NCBI GenBank assembly: GCA_964544285.1
Contig: CAZJAQ010000001.1
Coordinates: 45,640 to 102,543 of the forward strand
Length of the DNA stretch: 56,904 nucleotides
Source of the DNA: an uncultured Candidatus Bathyarchaeia archaeon
GTDB lineage: Archaea; Thermoproteota; Bathyarchaeia; Bathyarchaeales; SOJC01
Direction: 5' to 3'
Part shown: in pieces, positions 27,763 through 36,519 of the stretch
How positions within the stretch are numbered: position 1 is the stretch's first letter
Layout: each line of letters opens with the position of its first letter
Notes under the pieces: generated by a model
What the model was told of the DNA's origin: nothing
Seen by the model: only the letters and a program-made list of their open reading frames with translations
Database searches by the model: none
Translations under genes and position numbers: made by a program

Positions 27763-27869
27763 TGGTGCAGCGGGCCGGATTTGAACCGGCGAACCCCTAC
27801 GGGAAAGGATCTTGAGTCCTTCGCCTATGATCGAACGGCCCTTCTTTGACCTGGCTTGGCTACCGCTGC
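27763..27869 (-). tRNA. tRNA-Leu (anticodon CAA) with an ~18-nt intron in the D-arm region and encoded CCA
   Basis: Reverse strand reads GCAGCGG-UA-GCCAAGCCAGGUCAAAG[AAGGGCCGUUCGAUCAUA]GGCG-AAGGA-CUCAAGA-UCCUU-UCCCGUAGGGGUUC-GCCGG-UUCAAAU-CCGGC-CCGCUGC-A-CCA. Acceptor, anticodon, variable and T arms all pair. Confidence 0.85.
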
Positions 27870-27980
27870 AACCCACTGCACCAAACCACAAACTAACCCT
27901 TAGTTTCTATTATCTTTTTCCAACGTCGATAACACTTAATGCACGAATCCCTATCGAGCCCATTTCTCCTACCCATAAAT

Positions 27981-28120
27981 CACTCCAAACAACATAGAAA
28001 CACACCACAAACCAAACCCAAACACAACCAAAAAACAACCCCCAACCAAAACAGAACCCAAAACACAAACAACTCACAAACCCAACCAAACAAAAAATCT
28101 CCGCAGACTCACACAACAGT
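27981..28120. repeat. A/C-only low-complexity tract (degenerate CAAAC/CCAAA repeats)
   Basis: By hand count about 128 of 140 nt are A or C on the + strand. It lies between the divergent tRNA-Leu and proS. Confidence 0.8.
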
Positions 28121-28135
28121 CCTAGCCTTAAAACG

Positions 28136-28143
28136 TTAAAATA
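28136..28143 (+). promoter_or_regulatory. TATA-like box (TTAAAATA) for proS
   Basis: About 40-47 nt upstream of the proS ATG (28183), at the right end of the A/C tract. Confidence 0.4.
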
Positions 28144-28182
28144 CCAAAAAAACAAACATAACACTCCAAGGCTGAAAACCCT

Positions 28183-29625
28183 ATGGCAACCACAAAACAC
28201 GAAAAACGAGACAAACACTTCGGACGATGGTTCCGCCACCTCCTCATAAACGCAGAAATCCTAGACTACCGCTACCCCATAAAAGGCTGCGGCGTCTGGC
28301 TCTCCTACGGCTACAAAATCCGCAAACACGTCACCCAACTCCTAAGAGACCTACACGACTCCAAAGGACACGACGAAGTCCAATTCCCAATCATGGTCAC
28401 CGAAACCAACCTCAGAAAAGAGGCTGCCCACATCAAGAACTTCGAAAACGAAGTCTTCTGGGTAACCCACGGCGGCTTAAAACCCCTAGAAATCAAGTAC
28501 GCCCTCAGACCAACCAGCGAAACAGCCATCTACCCCATGCTCAAACTCTGGACACGAAGCCACGCCGACCTACCCAAAAAACTCTACCAAATCGGCAGCG
28601 TCTTCCGCTGCGAAACCAAGACCACCCGCCCCATCATCAGAGTCCGCGAAGTCACAACCTTCAAAGAAGCCCACACCGCCCACGCCACCCTCGAAGACGC
28701 CGAAGCCCAAGTCCGAGAAGCCACCCAAATCTACAAAACCTTCTTCGACACCTGCGGCATCCCCTACACAATAAGCCGCCGCCCAGACTGGGACAAATTC
28801 CCCGGCGCCCTCTACTCCCTCTCCTTCGACGTCATCCTACCCGACGGACGCACCTTACAATCAGGCACAGTCCACAACTTAGGTCAAAACTTCTCCAAAG
28901 CCTTCGACATCCAATACGAAACCCTCGAAGGCACCCACGAATACGTCTGGCAAACCTGCTACGGCATAAGCGAACGCGCCATAGGCGCCCTCCTCAGCGT
29001 CCACGGCGACGACAACGGCACAATACTCACACCCCGACTCGCCCCCACCCAAATCACAATAATCCCAATCCCCCACAAAGAGAATCCACAGCCCATAATA
29101 GAAGCATGCGAGAAAGTAGCAACAAAACTAAAAAACATGGGCTTAAGAGTCGAAATCGACCGAAGAGAAGACCTGACCCCCGGCGCAAAATTCTTCTACT
29201 GGGAACTCCGCGGCATCCCCGTCCGCTTAGAAATCGGTCCAAAAGACGTCGAGAAGGAACAAGTCACCCTCGTTCGCCGAGACACCTTCGAGAAAGAAGC
29301 CTGCAAGACCAGCGACTTGCCAACTAAGCTTCCCAGATTGATGAAACAGATGTCAGAGGAACTGCGAGAAAAAGCTTGGAAATGGATGAAAACACGAACA
29401 TACCGAGTAGACAACATGGAAAAGGCAAACGAACTGTTGAAGAAAAAAGCAGGAATCGTAGAACTCCCATGGTGCGGCAACGCAGAATGCGGCCACAAAC
29501 TCGAAGAGCATATAAACGCGACTCTCCTGGGAACCCCAGTCGACGCCGAAGAGAAAATCGAGGGCAAATGCGCCGTCTGCGGCAAAAAAGCCTCGAGCAT
29601 AGTGAGAGTGGCAATAGCCTACTAG
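28183..29625 (+). CDS. proS: prolyl-tRNA synthetase, archaeal/eukaryotic type
   Basis: Class II aaRS motifs (FRCETKTTRPIIRVREVTTFKEAH), anticodon-binding domain, and a C-terminal zinc domain (WCGNAECGHK…CAVCGKK) ending in Tyr. Confidence 0.95.
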   Translation: MATTKHEKRDKHFGRWFRHLLINAEILDYRYPIKGCGVWLSYGYKIRKHVTQLLRDLHDSKGHDEVQFPIMVTETNLRKEAAHIKNFENEVFWVTHGGLKPLEIKYALRPTSETAIYPMLKLWTRSHADLPKKLYQIGSVFRCETKTTRPIIRVREVTTFKEAHTAHATLEDAEAQVREATQIYKTFFDTCGIPYTISRRPDWDKFPGALYSLSFDVILPDGRTLQSGTVHNLGQNFSKAFDIQYETLEGTHEYVWQTCYGISERAIGALLSVHGDDNGTILTPRLAPTQITIIPIPHKENPQPIIEACEKVATKLKNMGLRVEIDRREDLTPGAKFFYWELRGIPVRLEIGPKDVEKEQVTLVRRDTFEKEACKTSDLPTKLPRLMKQMSEELREKAWKWMKTRTYRVDNMEKANELLKKKAGIVELPWCGNAECGHKLEEHINATLLGTPVDAEEKIEGKCAVCGKKASSIVRVAIAY

Positions 29626-29634
29626 AACCCTAAA

Positions 29635-29961
29635 CTAAAAAAGCAGCTTTACAGCCTCGCGCCCCTTCATTCCCCGTCTTATCCCCACGATTTCAGCCTT
29701 AGAGGTAACACCCTTAACCTCTGCGTCAAGGACATCGTCGAAAGTTTTAACACCACTAACCATGGCTGCCGTCACGCCCAGCCTCTCTGCTGCGTCTACG
29801 TTTAAGAACCCACACATGACGAAACCCTTCTCCCCCACAACCGCAACGAGAGGAGGAGAATCTGGCAGGTCCACTTTCAAACCTAACGCAGTTCTCCCAT
29901 CGACTTTCAACCGACCAACTTCAATCATGACAACCACTCGCCTTGTTTTCAGAATCACCAA
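29635..29961 (-). CDS. DUF1805 (YunC-like) domain protein
   Basis: …PLVAVVGEKGFVMCGFLNVDAAERLGVTAAMVSGVKTFDDVL… matches the DUF1805 pattern. An alternative start is MIEVG (29928). Confidence 0.7.
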   Translation of the reverse strand: MVILKTRRVVVMIEVGRLKVDGRTALGLKVDLPDSPPLVAVVGEKGFVMCGFLNVDAAERLGVTAAMVSGVKTFDDVLDAEVKGVTSKAEIVGIRRGMKGREAVKLLF

Positions 29962-30024
29962 TAGTCAGAAGACTTTAAAAGCTTTTTATCAGAGGCACAC
30001 ATTAGTCAGAGAAGACTCTTTACC

Positions 30025-30624
30025 GTGGGAAGAAGGAAATTGTTAGGAAAATTCCGAGAAAAATACGAGAAAGCCATGCTCCCAATCGGACAGTTTTTAG
30101 GCAGGTTAAACTTCTCGCCCAACATGCTCTCAATTCTCAGCTTACTCGCAAGCGCCGTAAGCGGCTGGTTCTTCTACTCGCAAAACCTCGTTCTCGGAGC
30201 CCTCTTCATAATAATAACGGGCGTAGTCGACATGCTCGACGGTGCAGTGGCGCGGGCTACTGGAAAAACAACTAGGTTCGGAGCAGTCATGGATCACGTC
30301 CTCGATCGCTACGCTGAGTACCTGATCATCATGGGCATCGTGTTGAGTAACTACGTAAACTGGGTCTTGGGAGTCTTCACTCTAGTCGGCATGCTCTTAG
30401 CTAGTTTCACCAGAGCCAAAGCTGAATCCGTCGGCGGATTGAAAAGTTGTACAGTTGGGGTGGCTGAGAGACAGGAAAAACTCATAATCTTGATCGTGGG
30501 CTCGTTCCTCTCAATCTACTACTTCAACACACTATCGTACGCGGTAGTGCTAGTTGGGGTGCTGTCCCACTTCACCGTTATTCAAAGACTCGAATACACT
30601 TGGAAACAGACGAAGGGTGAATAG
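30025..30624 (+). CDS. CDP-alcohol phosphatidyltransferase (archaetidylinositol-phosphate/archaetidylserine synthase-like)
   Basis: Motif DMLDGAVARATGKTTRFGAVMDHVLDRYAE fits D-x2-DG-x2-AR…G-x3-D-x3-D. Several TM helices. GTG start. Confidence 0.8.
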   Translation: MGRRKLLGKFREKYEKAMLPIGQFLGRLNFSPNMLSILSLLASAVSGWFFYSQNLVLGALFIIITGVVDMLDGAVARATGKTTRFGAVMDHVLDRYAEYLIIMGIVLSNYVNWVLGVFTLVGMLLASFTRAKAESVGGLKSCTVGVAERQEKLIILIVGSFLSIYYFNTLSYAVVLVGVLSHFTVIQRLEYTWKQTKGE

Positions 30625-30626
30625 AA

Positions 30627-31538
30627 TTGGTCTACGACCTCGTTGCGATTGGAAACCCGGTCTACGATATAATTCATACGCCGCACGTTTCCCCGGAAGG
30701 CAGAGTCCTCTCTGGTTGTAGCACGAATGCTTGTCTCGCCGCGGCAAAGCTCGGCATGAAAAACGTGACTCTCATCGGCTGCATCGGAAAGAATTTCTAC
30801 AACAGATTTATCGACGACTTGAGAAAATATGGCGTCGATTCTCCCAAAGCAAAAATCTCCAAAGAGACAGGCGGGTTCAAGCTCGTTTACGACGTGTCTG
30901 GCAACAGGACACTCGAAGTTCTAGGAGTAGCGGGAAAAATCACTAAGAAAGACATCCCGGACGAATGTTTAGACACACGTTATATTCTGCTTGGGCCAAT
31001 CCTCCAAGAAATCGACCTCAACCTGATCTCATTCTTGAGGGAAACAACCGACTCGAGGGTTTTCTTGGACCCTCAGGGGTTAGTCAGGAAAATCAGCCCC
31101 GACAAACAAATAGTCTACCAAACCAGAAAAGAGAACCTTAGAAAAATCATTGGCATGGTTGATTTTGTCAAGCCTAACGAGCACGAGTCTCGCGTTATCA
31201 CCGAGTCGAGTGAACCTTTTGTGTCAACTGAAATTCTCGTTAAATGGGGTGCAAAGGTGGGTATAACGACTCTCGCTGAGAAGGGTTCAGTTGTATTTGA
31301 CGGGAAGAGAATAGTCAAGATTCCAGCGTACGAAACTCTCGCCATCGACCCGACGGGGGCAGGGGACGTGTATGCAGGAGCTTTCATTTACGAGTATTCA
31401 AGAACGGGGAATGTTGTTTCATCGTGCTTTTTTGCGTCAGCAGCCGCTTCTATTAAGGTAGAGCACAGCGGACCTGACTTTCCGATGGATGAAAAAGAAG
31501 TGAAGAGAAGAGTTTTGCTGCTTGAGAAAAGTGTGTGA
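30627..31538 (+). CDS. PfkB-family carbohydrate/nucleoside kinase
   Basis: Ribokinase-like fold motifs, including the C-terminal DPTGAGDVYAGAF. TTG start 2 nt after the preceding stop. Confidence 0.75.
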   Translation: MVYDLVAIGNPVYDIIHTPHVSPEGRVLSGCSTNACLAAAKLGMKNVTLIGCIGKNFYNRFIDDLRKYGVDSPKAKISKETGGFKLVYDVSGNRTLEVLGVAGKITKKDIPDECLDTRYILLGPILQEIDLNLISFLRETTDSRVFLDPQGLVRKISPDKQIVYQTRKENLRKIIGMVDFVKPNEHESRVITESSEPFVSTEILVKWGAKVGITTLAEKGSVVFDGKRIVKIPAYETLAIDPTGAGDVYAGAFIYEYSRTGNVVSSCFFASAAASIKVEHSGPDFPMDEKEVKRRVLLLEKSV

Positions 31539-31601
31539 ATAGAAGATAGGCGATTCTTGCAATGCTCTGTGGTCTTCTTCGATAGGCATCCAAAAATAGG
31601 G

Positions 31602-31901
31602 CTAGTATCTTCTGCCTAGGCGGTGTCTCCGCTCATCTCTAGCTCGTACTTTCACCACACCGCGATGCACAGCACATGAAACGCAGTAGTATCTTGTTTC
31701 CACGGGCGCAGCGATGTAAGCTCCTTTTTGCCGCAGTTCCTTTGCCAAGGCATAGTCTACCATCGATATTCTCCGCGAAACACGCTTAGCCTTGTCGCGG
31801 GGTACGAGCTCTCCGCATCCGTTGCACTGCACTAACGAGCTTCTTCCTTTACCGCCTTTAGACCTTCCGCGGCTTTTTCGTTTAACTGGCAAGTATTTCA
31901 C
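31602..31901 (-). CDS. rps26e: 30S ribosomal protein S26e
   Basis: KRKSRGRSKGGKGRSSLVQCNGCGELVPRDKAKRV…YYCVSCAVHRGVVKVR is the S26e zinc-ribbon pattern. Confidence 0.9.
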   Translation of the reverse strand: MKYLPVKRKSRGRSKGGKGRSSLVQCNGCGELVPRDKAKRVSRRISMVDYALAKELRQKGAYIAAPVETRYYCVSCAVHRGVVKVRARDERRHRLGRRY

Positions 31902-31933
31902 CTTCCTTCTGCCATAGCCAATTGTGAAGGATG

Positions 31934-31942
31934 CTTATATAC
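31934..31942 (-). promoter_or_regulatory. TATA box (GTATATAAG on the minus strand) for rps26e
   Basis: 33-41 nt upstream of the rps26e ATG (31901). The same GTATATAAGCAT 12-mer occurs at the regulator promoter near 49000. Confidence 0.45.
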
Positions 31943-32164
31943 TCATGCTTATTAGCCTTAAGAGCTCGCTTGCGAGTTCTTAGTAGAGTATTTTCGAGGG
32001 GAGAGTCGTTGTGTGTTGCTTCGTTGGTTCAGCCAGCATCGTTTTTTGTATGAAGTTGATCTTCAGCACTTCGAAAAGAATTAAGTTTGCGAGAGGGCAA
32101 CAAAAATATATGAGAAGGGAATAAGCATTGCCACAGAACACTTTTGCTTTAGGGGTGCTCGCTG

Positions 32165-32371
32165 TTGGGAAAAATCGGAAAGGGCGTTAAGTGTAGTGTT
32201 TCGGGCTGTGAAAAAGACGCTGCTCGTTCTCTCGTGGCAAGCAAGGTCACTGCGGCTGGGTTGAAAGTCGGCACCGAAAGAAAGGCGTATCTCTGTAAGG
32301 AGCATTACAAAGAGTTCAAGAAGGCCACAAAGAAAGACAGGACGCTCGAAAAATGGAGACAGAAGGGCTAA
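32165..32371 (+). CDS. small Cys-containing basic protein (68 aa), unknown function
   Basis: KCSVSGCEKDAARSL…AYLCKEHYKEFKKATKK suggests a C-x4-C…C-x2-H zinc-knuckle-like pattern. TTG start. Intergenic position. Confidence 0.45.
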   Translation: MGKIGKGVKCSVSGCEKDAARSLVASKVTAAGLKVGTERKAYLCKEHYKEFKKATKKDRTLEKWRQKG

Positions 32372-32466
32372 TTAAGCACGCAAGACTCGGCACAAATCGT
32401 TAGGTGTGTCCACAAGCATTTTTAGAAAGGCTAATCTAACTCTAAGACCAAGCCAATAAAGGCGGG

Positions 32467-34338
32467 TTGAACAGTTTGCGCATACTCCAACTGCACTCAA
32501 ACTTCATCGAATACAAGCCCGTGCAAAAGGAAATCGACATGGCGGAAGAAGTGGGAAAAGAAAAGAGACGGCTGGAAGAAGTAGTCGTCCTTTTCACGGC
32601 AGTCGAAGAAGGCGACGACGAGACTGTGGCTGAACAAGCTGTCGAAGAAGCCCGAGATTTTCTAGTGAAACTCAAAGTCAACAGGATTCTCATCTACCCC
32701 TACGCTCACTTGAGCAGCAACTTAGCGAAACCCGCAACTGCACTAAAAATAATCAAGAAAATGGAAAAACATGCAAAGGAAAATGGAATCGAAACCTTTC
32801 GTGCTCCCTTCGGCTGGAACAAACAGTTCACCATCTCGATTAAGGGGCACCCGCTTGCAGAACAATCAAGGGTCATTTTGCCGGGCGAGGTAAAGAAAGA
32901 GGAGAAAGTCTCTGAGGCATTAAAGGCAGAAGAAAAAATAAAATCGTCATGGTATATTCTGCAACCTGACGGAAACATGGTGCCAGTCGAGAAATTCGAC
33001 TTCACCAAGTATGAGAATCTTGAAAAATTCGCTAAATACGAAATCTCAAAGGTGAGAGCAAGCCAGGAAATTCCGCCACACATAAAGTTGATGAGAAGGC
33101 TTGAGCTCGTCGACTATGAACCCGCCAGCGACCCTGGAAACCTCAGATGGTATCCGAAGGGACGACTGATAAAATCCTTGATCGAACAATTCGTCACAGC
33201 TACCATGATAGAGTATGGCGCTATGGAAGTCGAAACACCCGTCATGTACGATTTTAACCATCCCAGCCTGAGCGACTACCTAGACAGGTTCCCTGCAAGA
33301 CAGTACGTCATAAAGTCGGAAGACAAAGACCTTTTCCTCAGGTTCGCTGCGTGCTTCGGCCAGTTTCTCATGCTTCACGACAGCCGGTTTTCGTATCGGC
33401 AACTTCCTCTAAGAATTTACGAATTGACGAGGTACAGTTTCCGACGGGAGAAGAGCGGCGAAGTAACCGGACTGCGAAGACAACGCGCCTTCACGATGCC
33501 CGACTGTCACGCCCTCTGCTCTGACTTGGAGCAAGTGAAGAAAGAATTCGTGGTTCGCTTCAAACTGTGTATGAAAGTTCTCGAAGCCTTCGAGCTTGGA
33601 AAAGACGATTTCGAGTTGGGAATAAGGTTTGCAAAAGATTTTTATGAAGAAAACAAAGCTTTTGTGGCGTCGTTGGCAAAGCTTTTCGGGAAGCCAGTTT
33701 TGATAGAGATGTTTAAGGAGAAAGCTTTCTACTGGGTTTTTAAATGGGAATTCAACTTCGTCGACAATCAAGACAAAGCCTCCGCCTTGTCAACAGACCA
33801 ACTTGACGTTGAAAACGCCCACAGATACGACATCACCTACATAGACGAAAAAGGTGAGAAACAACATCCCCTAATTCTGCATTGCTCGCCAAGCGGTGGA
33901 GTCGAAAGATGCGTCTACGCCATGCTGGAGAAAGCGTACCGAGACCAACAGAGAGGAGAGATTCCAATTCTCCCCCTTTGGCTCTCACCCACCCAAGTCA
34001 GAATAATACCAGTTTCCGACAAGTTTACACACGAAGCCGAGAAAATCGCCGAAGAAATCGGCAAAAATAACATACGGGTGGACTTCGACGACCGTCCCCT
34101 CACGATGCAGAAGAAGGTCAGAGAAGCAGAGACCGAATGGATAAACTACATAGTAGTCATCGGCCAAAACGAGATTGACTCGGGGTTTCTTCCAGTTCGA
34201 GATAGGCTTGCTGGAAAAATCGTGAAGATGAAGCTTCCAGAACTCGTGGAAAGCGTATTGAGAAGGACAAAGGACAAGCCCTTCAAACCCCTACCCTTGC
34301 CTAAAAAACTATCCCAACGACCCCAGTTTTATGGCTAG
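32467..34338 (+). CDS. thrS: threonyl-tRNA synthetase, archaeal type with N-terminal archaea-specific editing domain
   Basis: N-terminal (M)RILQLHSNFIEYKP editing domain, class II core and anticodon-binding domain. The start could be TTG 32476 (MRILQLH) instead of 32467. Confidence 0.95.
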   Translation: MNSLRILQLHSNFIEYKPVQKEIDMAEEVGKEKRRLEEVVVLFTAVEEGDDETVAEQAVEEARDFLVKLKVNRILIYPYAHLSSNLAKPATALKIIKKMEKHAKENGIETFRAPFGWNKQFTISIKGHPLAEQSRVILPGEVKKEEKVSEALKAEEKIKSSWYILQPDGNMVPVEKFDFTKYENLEKFAKYEISKVRASQEIPPHIKLMRRLELVDYEPASDPGNLRWYPKGRLIKSLIEQFVTATMIEYGAMEVETPVMYDFNHPSLSDYLDRFPARQYVIKSEDKDLFLRFAACFGQFLMLHDSRFSYRQLPLRIYELTRYSFRREKSGEVTGLRRQRAFTMPDCHALCSDLEQVKKEFVVRFKLCMKVLEAFELGKDDFELGIRFAKDFYEENKAFVASLAKLFGKPVLIEMFKEKAFYWVFKWEFNFVDNQDKASALSTDQLDVENAHRYDITYIDEKGEKQHPLILHCSPSGGVERCVYAMLEKAYRDQQRGEIPILPLWLSPTQVRIIPVSDKFTHEAEKIAEEIGKNNIRVDFDDRPLTMQKKVREAETEWINYIVVIGQNEIDSGFLPVRDRLAGKIVKMKLPELVESVLRRTKDKPFKPLPLPKKLSQRPQFYG

Positions 34339-34404
34339 CTGCCTTACAAAAAAGTATATCAACCAATGCGGGTATTGTAAAAATCTACAGAGGGGTGCCA
34401 AAAA

Positions 34405-35295
34405 TTGGAGCAGAAGGAACTTCTCATATACGTGGATGGCAAATATTACCCCAAGTCTGAAGCAAGGATTTCTGTCTATGACCATGGCTTTCTCTATGGA
34501 GATGGTGTTTTCGAGGGGATACGAGCTTACAGTGGCAGCGTGTTCAAACTGAAAGAACATATCGACAGACTCTACTCGTCCGCGCGTGTCATCATGCTGG
34601 AAATTCCGATGTCGAAGGATGAGATGATTAAAGCGGTCATTGAGACCCTGAAGAAAAACAAGCTCGCCGACGCCTACATCCGCCTAGTCGTGTCCAGAGG
34701 CGCAGGCGACTTGGGTCTCGACCCTAGAAAATGCTCCAAACCAACGATAGTTATCATCACAGATCGAATAAAGCTCCACGATGGAAATGCGAAGAAAGAA
34801 GGCTTAACGGCGATAATTTCATGGGTCAAGAGAGACCCGGTGGACGCGACTACTCACGAAGTAAAGTCGCTTAACTACCTTAACAGCATTCTCGCCAAGA
34901 TCGAAGCAAACAGCGCAAACGTCGACGAGGCGATATGCCTAAACAAAGAAGGGTTCGTGTGCGAAGGAGTTGCAGAGAACATTTTTGTCGTGTCCCACGG
35001 CGTTATCATAACCCCCCCGACGTCAACGGGCGCCTTACGAGGAATAACTAGGGATGTCGTTATTGAAATCGCCCAAAAACTCGGATACACAGTCATTAAG
35101 AAGGAGATAACACCCGCAGACTTGTTCATCGCAGACGAAGTATTCTTCACGGGAACCGCAGCTGAAGTAGTTCCCGTCAAGGAGATTAACAAACGAAAAA
35201 TCGGAGATGGAAAACCCGGACCCATTACTCTAAAGTTGGTAGAAGAATACCACAAAAGAGTACTAGACCCAAAGCAAGGCGTGCCCATTCGCTGA
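34405..35295 (+). CDS. ilvE: branched-chain amino acid aminotransferase (class IV fold)
   Basis: DHGFLYGDGVFEGIRAY, …RLVVSRG…, EVKSLNYLNSILAK and GITR motifs of class IV aminotransferases. TTG start. Confidence 0.85.
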   Translation: MEQKELLIYVDGKYYPKSEARISVYDHGFLYGDGVFEGIRAYSGSVFKLKEHIDRLYSSARVIMLEIPMSKDEMIKAVIETLKKNKLADAYIRLVVSRGAGDLGLDPRKCSKPTIVIITDRIKLHDGNAKKEGLTAIISWVKRDPVDATTHEVKSLNYLNSILAKIEANSANVDEAICLNKEGFVCEGVAENIFVVSHGVIITPPTSTGALRGITRDVVIEIAQKLGYTVIKKEITPADLFIADEVFFTGTAAEVVPVKEINKRKIGDGKPGPITLKLVEEYHKRVLDPKQGVPIR

Positions 35296-35306
35296 AACAC
35301 GGTCAA

Positions 35307-36509
35307 CTACGACTTCATGAATTCCTCCAGCATGTTAAACGCAGGTTCCAACACTTCAACAGGCGGTAAGAAGACTCCTCTAACGTGACCCACGCCATAC
35401 GTGTCACAGAAGCCTGAGCCATGCACAAAGAGAACGCCCGTTTTTTCCAAGACGTCTAAGACGAATTCGAGGTCATTCCTCCAACGGCTCCCGACCTCGT
35501 GTATTCTTGGAAAGACGTAAAAAGCTCCCTCGGGCTTTGTGCAACTGATCCCCTCGATTTCATTCAGGCGCTTCCAAGAGTAATCTCTTCTCTTACGAAG
35601 CTTCTCAACCATCTCGGCGATGTGTTCTTGTGGTCCATCCAATGCTGCTACGCCCGCTTTCTGAACAGGGGTGTTGGTGCACAGTCTAATCCGCGACTCT
35701 TTTTTGGCGCCCTCCTTTAACGTTTCCAGCTTTCCTTTTGGGTCGTGGAAGTAAAAGTATCCTAATCTCCATCCAGTAGCCAGATAGGTCTTGGAGAATC
35801 CGTTTAACCCGATTATGGGAAAATCTCTTGCGATGCGAGCGGTGCTCACGAGCTGTTTTTCATACACTATGCGGTCGTAGATCTCGTCGGATAAAACCAC
35901 CAAACCGTTCTCAGCTGCCAAATCAACGATTCTCTTAACAGTCTTCTCATCATAGAGGGCGCCGCAGGGGTTGTTGGGGTTTATTATCACGATGCCTCGG
36001 GTTCTCTCTGAAATTTTTGATTCCATGTCTTCGACGTCAGGTTTCCACCCCTCTTCCTCGACGGTTTTGTAGGCTACGGGTCTGCCGTCAAAAAACTTTG
36101 CATACGAAGTGTACGGCGGATAAGTGGGACCTGGCACCAGGATTTCGTCGCCTTTGTCAATCATCGCCGCCATGATCATGAAAATACCCTCAGAAACACC
36201 GGTGGTAACTATTACGTCTTCGGGCGTGATGTTGACGTCGTTAACGCGTTTTTCTTTTCTACAGATCGCCTCTCTCAGCTCTGGAAGTCCCTCTGAAGGA
36301 CCGTACCAGTTCTCTCCTGCCTTTACTGCGTCAAACAGGGCGTGTTTTACGTGTTCTGGTGTGTCAAAGTCAAACTTCACCGGGTCACCGATGTTTAGGT
36401 AGGTTATCTTCTTTCCCGTTTTTTCGAGTTTTTTGGCGAATTCTATGATGTCTCTGATGGCGTATTCGATCGTGCTAACTCTCTTAGTGACTTTAAGTTG
36501 GGTTTTCAA
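35307..36509 (-). CDS. class I/II pyridoxal-phosphate aminotransferase (alanine/aspartate aminotransferase-like)
   Basis: NPNNPCGALY, and SKTYLATGWRLGY carrying the PLP lysine. TTG start. Confidence 0.85.
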   Translation of the reverse strand: MKTQLKVTKRVSTIEYAIRDIIEFAKKLEKTGKKITYLNIGDPVKFDFDTPEHVKHALFDAVKAGENWYGPSEGLPELREAICRKEKRVNDVNITPEDVIVTTGVSEGIFMIMAAMIDKGDEILVPGPTYPPYTSYAKFFDGRPVAYKTVEEEGWKPDVEDMESKISERTRGIVIINPNNPCGALYDEKTVKRIVDLAAENGLVVLSDEIYDRIVYEKQLVSTARIARDFPIIGLNGFSKTYLATGWRLGYFYFHDPKGKLETLKEGAKKESRIRLCTNTPVQKAGVAALDGPQEHIAEMVEKLRKRRDYSWKRLNEIEGISCTKPEGAFYVFPRIHEVGSRWRNDLEFVLDVLEKTGVLFVHGSGFCDTYGVGHVRGVFLPPVEVLEPAFNMLEEFMKS

Positions 36510-36519
36510 TCTGGTTCAC

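Noticed and set aside
27910-28239. 109-aa Phe/Cys/Gly/Val-rich ORF on the minus strand.
   Set aside because: It is the translation of the G/T-only complement of the A/C tract. It has no start context and spans the promoter region and the proS 5' end.
28227-29327. 366-aa Arg/Pro/His-rich ORF overlapping proS in another frame.
   Set aside because: Low-complexity composition, completely inside the strongly supported proS frame. It is explained by the near absence of T on this strand.
31958-31980. Imperfect palindrome AAGAGCTCGC-TT-GCGAGTTCTT upstream of the rps26e promoter.
   Set aside because: Single occurrence with one mismatch and no related site elsewhere in the window. That is insufficient to call an operator or terminator.
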